A stretch of DNA of 24,000 nt from an uncultured Acidobacteriota bacterium. GTDB taxonomy: Bacteria; Acidobacteriota; Terriglobia; Terriglobales; Acidobacteriaceae. This document shows, one piece after another, positions 21,994-24,000 of the stretch (position 1 is the first letter of the stretch; the number at the start of each line of letters is the position of its first letter). Location: positions 886,011 to 910,010 of the forward strand of contig CAWHTG010000002.1 in assembly GCA_963832245.1 (NCBI GenBank), written 5' to 3'. The notes beneath the pieces are model-generated. The model did not search any database and had not been told where the DNA came from. It saw only the letters and a list, made by a program, of their open reading frames with translations. The position numbers were made by a program, and so were the translations under genes.

Positions 21994-23979
21994 CTATCTT
22001 CTCTGAAACTCTGGTGATCCTAATAGTAGGCCTGCGATCAGGCTTATGTTCGGCGGCCGGGCTGGATCGTCCAGCTTGCGGCGGCTGATGTTGGAATCCT
22101 GCAGGCGGGCGCTGATTACTTCGTGTGTTTGTTTGGAAACATCTCCTGCCAGCAGAGTGTTCTCCATCGTCGCCAAAATTTGCTGCGGATCGTTATTTTG
22201 CCCTGGATCTTGTCCGGGCACAGAGTCGGAATCGACTTGCACGCCTTTGACTTTTCCCGAGGTCAGGGCCAAGGCAAAATTCATGCGGCCCAGGAGCGCG
22301 GAGGAATTGACCCAGGCGTCCGCCTTCATGGAATAGCCGGTTGGGGGTTGCATGCCGTAGAGGGGCATTCCCATGTTTTGCAACTGGCGGGCGATGGGCA
22401 TGGCGTCGCGGACTTCGGCGCCGCTGGCGCGGACGGCGGAGACTACGAACTCGAGTGGTGTTTTTACTTTGGCGCGATACGCGTCCGGTGACCAAAATTC
22501 TGGGGAGTCCAGCATGGTCTTGAGCACCTCGCGAATGTTGCCGTCTTTCTTCAGGAATGTTTGGGTCATGCGATCTACCAACGGTTGCGGCGGATCGTCG
22601 GAGACGAAGCGCATGGCCAGTTTGGTGCACACGAATTTCGCAGTCGACGGGTGATGAGCCAGGATGTGCAATACTTCGAGGCCTTCTTTTTCTCCCTTTG
22701 GTTTGATGCGGTGACCGAGGACGATCTTGTCTCCGGGTTCGTGGGTGCGCTCTTCGAAGGTGAAGCCGCCGCCTTGTTTGGGTTGCTTCAGGGTCCATCC
22801 GGTGAAGACGCGGGCCACCTCGGTTACATCTTGTTGGGTGTAGCCGCCGTTTACGCCGAGGGTGTGGAGTTCCATCAGCTCGCGACCATAGTTTTCGTTC
22901 AGGCCGTTGCGCTTGCCTTTGGATTGGTTGGTCTGGCTCTTGCTTCTGATGCGCTGCTTTAATTGTTTGTTCGCCTGCTTGGGAATGCCGTTGGCGACGT
23001 CGGAGTTTGGTCCTACGCTCAGCCAATTATCGAGATAGAAAAGCATTGCCGGGCTCTGTGCGGTTGCGACCAGCAAGTCCTCAAATTTGCCCAGGGCGCG
23101 GGGGCGGATGACGTCGCGCTCATAGCTGGTGAGCAGGTAGTGATCGGCGCCCTTGCCGAGGAATACGTTGAAGTGATTGAACCAGAAATCGGTCATCACT
23201 TCCTGTAGCTGGCGATCGCTGTACATGGCGCGCAACAATTTGCCCTCGACGAGTTCGTTGTTGACGACCTGCTGCGGATAGTTGAGCGCCTCGACGGTTT
23301 CGCGTTGCCGCGGATTCATTCCTTCTAAAAACTCGTCGCGTTTTTCACCTTGCAGAGAGCTGGTCATCGAGCGTTGCTCTTCTGGCGACATCTTGAGGAG
23401 CGCCTTCATGCGCTGGTCTGGCGGCAGGTCGAGAAGGTCTTCGATTTTTTGCTCGGCTTCGATGCGTTCTTGCTGGCGGCGGGTACGTTCGTCTTCCGCG
23501 ACCTTGTCCGGGCCGGCAATGGCAGTTTGCTGTTTGCGGTCTTCTTTGTCCTGGTAGCGATCCAGTTGGGCTTGATAGACGGCGCGTTTTAGAGGATCGG
23601 AGGGAAGCGACTGCTCTCCATCGGCGACGGCTTTGATCATTTGCTCGGGCGGGAAATTTTCAACGATCTCGCGCGTGTCCATGCGCAGCGTGCGGAATGG
23701 GGAAAGGCGGGCGTCGAGCTGGGCGTCGTCGATCTTGTCGGGATGAAGTTGCTGGTCAATCCATTTGTCTATGCCCGTCGCCATCACGCGATCGACGTCG
23801 CCGGGCCGCGGACCGAAGGTGAGCCGGTTTAATACGTGCACCGCTTGTTTCCGCTTGTCCATTTGTGCGGCGGCAGGCTTTTCTTTTTTCTTGCCTAGAG
23901 CCAGTTGGGCGGAAACGGCAAATCCTAGAATCAGCAGCGCGAGGCCGGTTTGGATGCGTCCTGACTTCATATTGGACAC
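21994..23979 (-). CDS. DUF1800 domain protein
   Basis: 661-aa ORF with a signal/anchor GLALLILGFAVSAQLALG. LNRLTFGPRPGD near the N-terminus, DFWFNHFNV and NENYGRELMELHTLGV are characteristic DUF1800 blocks. Its position upstream of DUF1501 is the canonical pairing. The start may be the GTG at 23979 or the ATG at 23970. Confidence 0.85.
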   Translation of the reverse strand: MSNMKSGRIQTGLALLILGFAVSAQLALGKKKEKPAAAQMDKRKQAVHVLNRLTFGPRPGDVDRVMATGIDKWIDQQLHPDKIDDAQLDARLSPFRTLRMDTREIVENFPPEQMIKAVADGEQSLPSDPLKRAVYQAQLDRYQDKEDRKQQTAIAGPDKVAEDERTRRQQERIEAEQKIEDLLDLPPDQRMKALLKMSPEEQRSMTSSLQGEKRDEFLEGMNPRQRETVEALNYPQQVVNNELVEGKLLRAMYSDRQLQEVMTDFWFNHFNVFLGKGADHYLLTSYERDVIRPRALGKFEDLLVATAQSPAMLFYLDNWLSVGPNSDVANGIPKQANKQLKQRIRSKSQTNQSKGKRNGLNENYGRELMELHTLGVNGGYTQQDVTEVARVFTGWTLKQPKQGGGFTFEERTHEPGDKIVLGHRIKPKGEKEGLEVLHILAHHPSTAKFVCTKLAMRFVSDDPPQPLVDRMTQTFLKKDGNIREVLKTMLDSPEFWSPDAYRAKVKTPLEFVVSAVRASGAEVRDAMPIARQLQNMGMPLYGMQPPTGYSMKADAWVNSSALLGRMNFALALTSGKVKGVQVDSDSVPGQDPGQNNDPQQILATMENTLLAGDVSKQTHEVISARLQDSNISRRKLDDPARPPNISLIAGLLLGSPEFQRR

Positions 23980-24000
23980 AGGGACATCGTTAGCATTATG

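Overview
The window looks like a chromosomal segment of a high-GC genome, about 60% G+C by my spot counts of individual 60-nt lines. The gene content (DUF1800/DUF1501 pair, CarboxypepD_reg protein, many secreted hypotheticals) and the dense short palindromic intergenic repeats suggest Acidobacteriota/Terriglobia. That taxonomic call is inference only.

Left third (1-9800): a minus-strand operon of a YbdK/GCS2 carboxylate-amine ligase, an M29 aminopeptidase and an unknown gene. Two plus-strand exported proteins follow (CarboxypepD_reg-like, Tat-signal MBL hydrolase). Then come a minus-strand esterase + ATP-grasp pair, a secreted hypothetical and a secreted alpha/beta hydrolase.

Middle (9850-13760): an accessory-looking patch bounded by a tRNA-like gene. 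It holds a stand-alone PD-(D/E)XK nuclease and a 350-nt mosaic of at least five different palindromic repeat units. After that comes a visibly lower-GC, translationally coupled two-gene cassette: a three-Cys DUF5131 (phage Gp37/Gp68 family) protein plus its partner TcmP. The cassette has its own sigma70-like promoter and a leader sORF, and is followed by an orphan VapB-like antitoxin gene. I know of no established function for this cassette, and it is my top candidate for an undescribed system (nucleic-acid modification or defence).

Right half: a 721-aa radical SAM enzyme of the MJ0619/Tes (tetraether/membrane-spanning lipid synthase) type, a truncated AlbA_2 fragment and a secreted hypothetical in a lower-GC patch. 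Next are a monocistronic orphan nuoB, a two-module secreted protein and a DUF1800-DUF1501 pair. I found no rRNA, CRISPR array, transposase or integrase.
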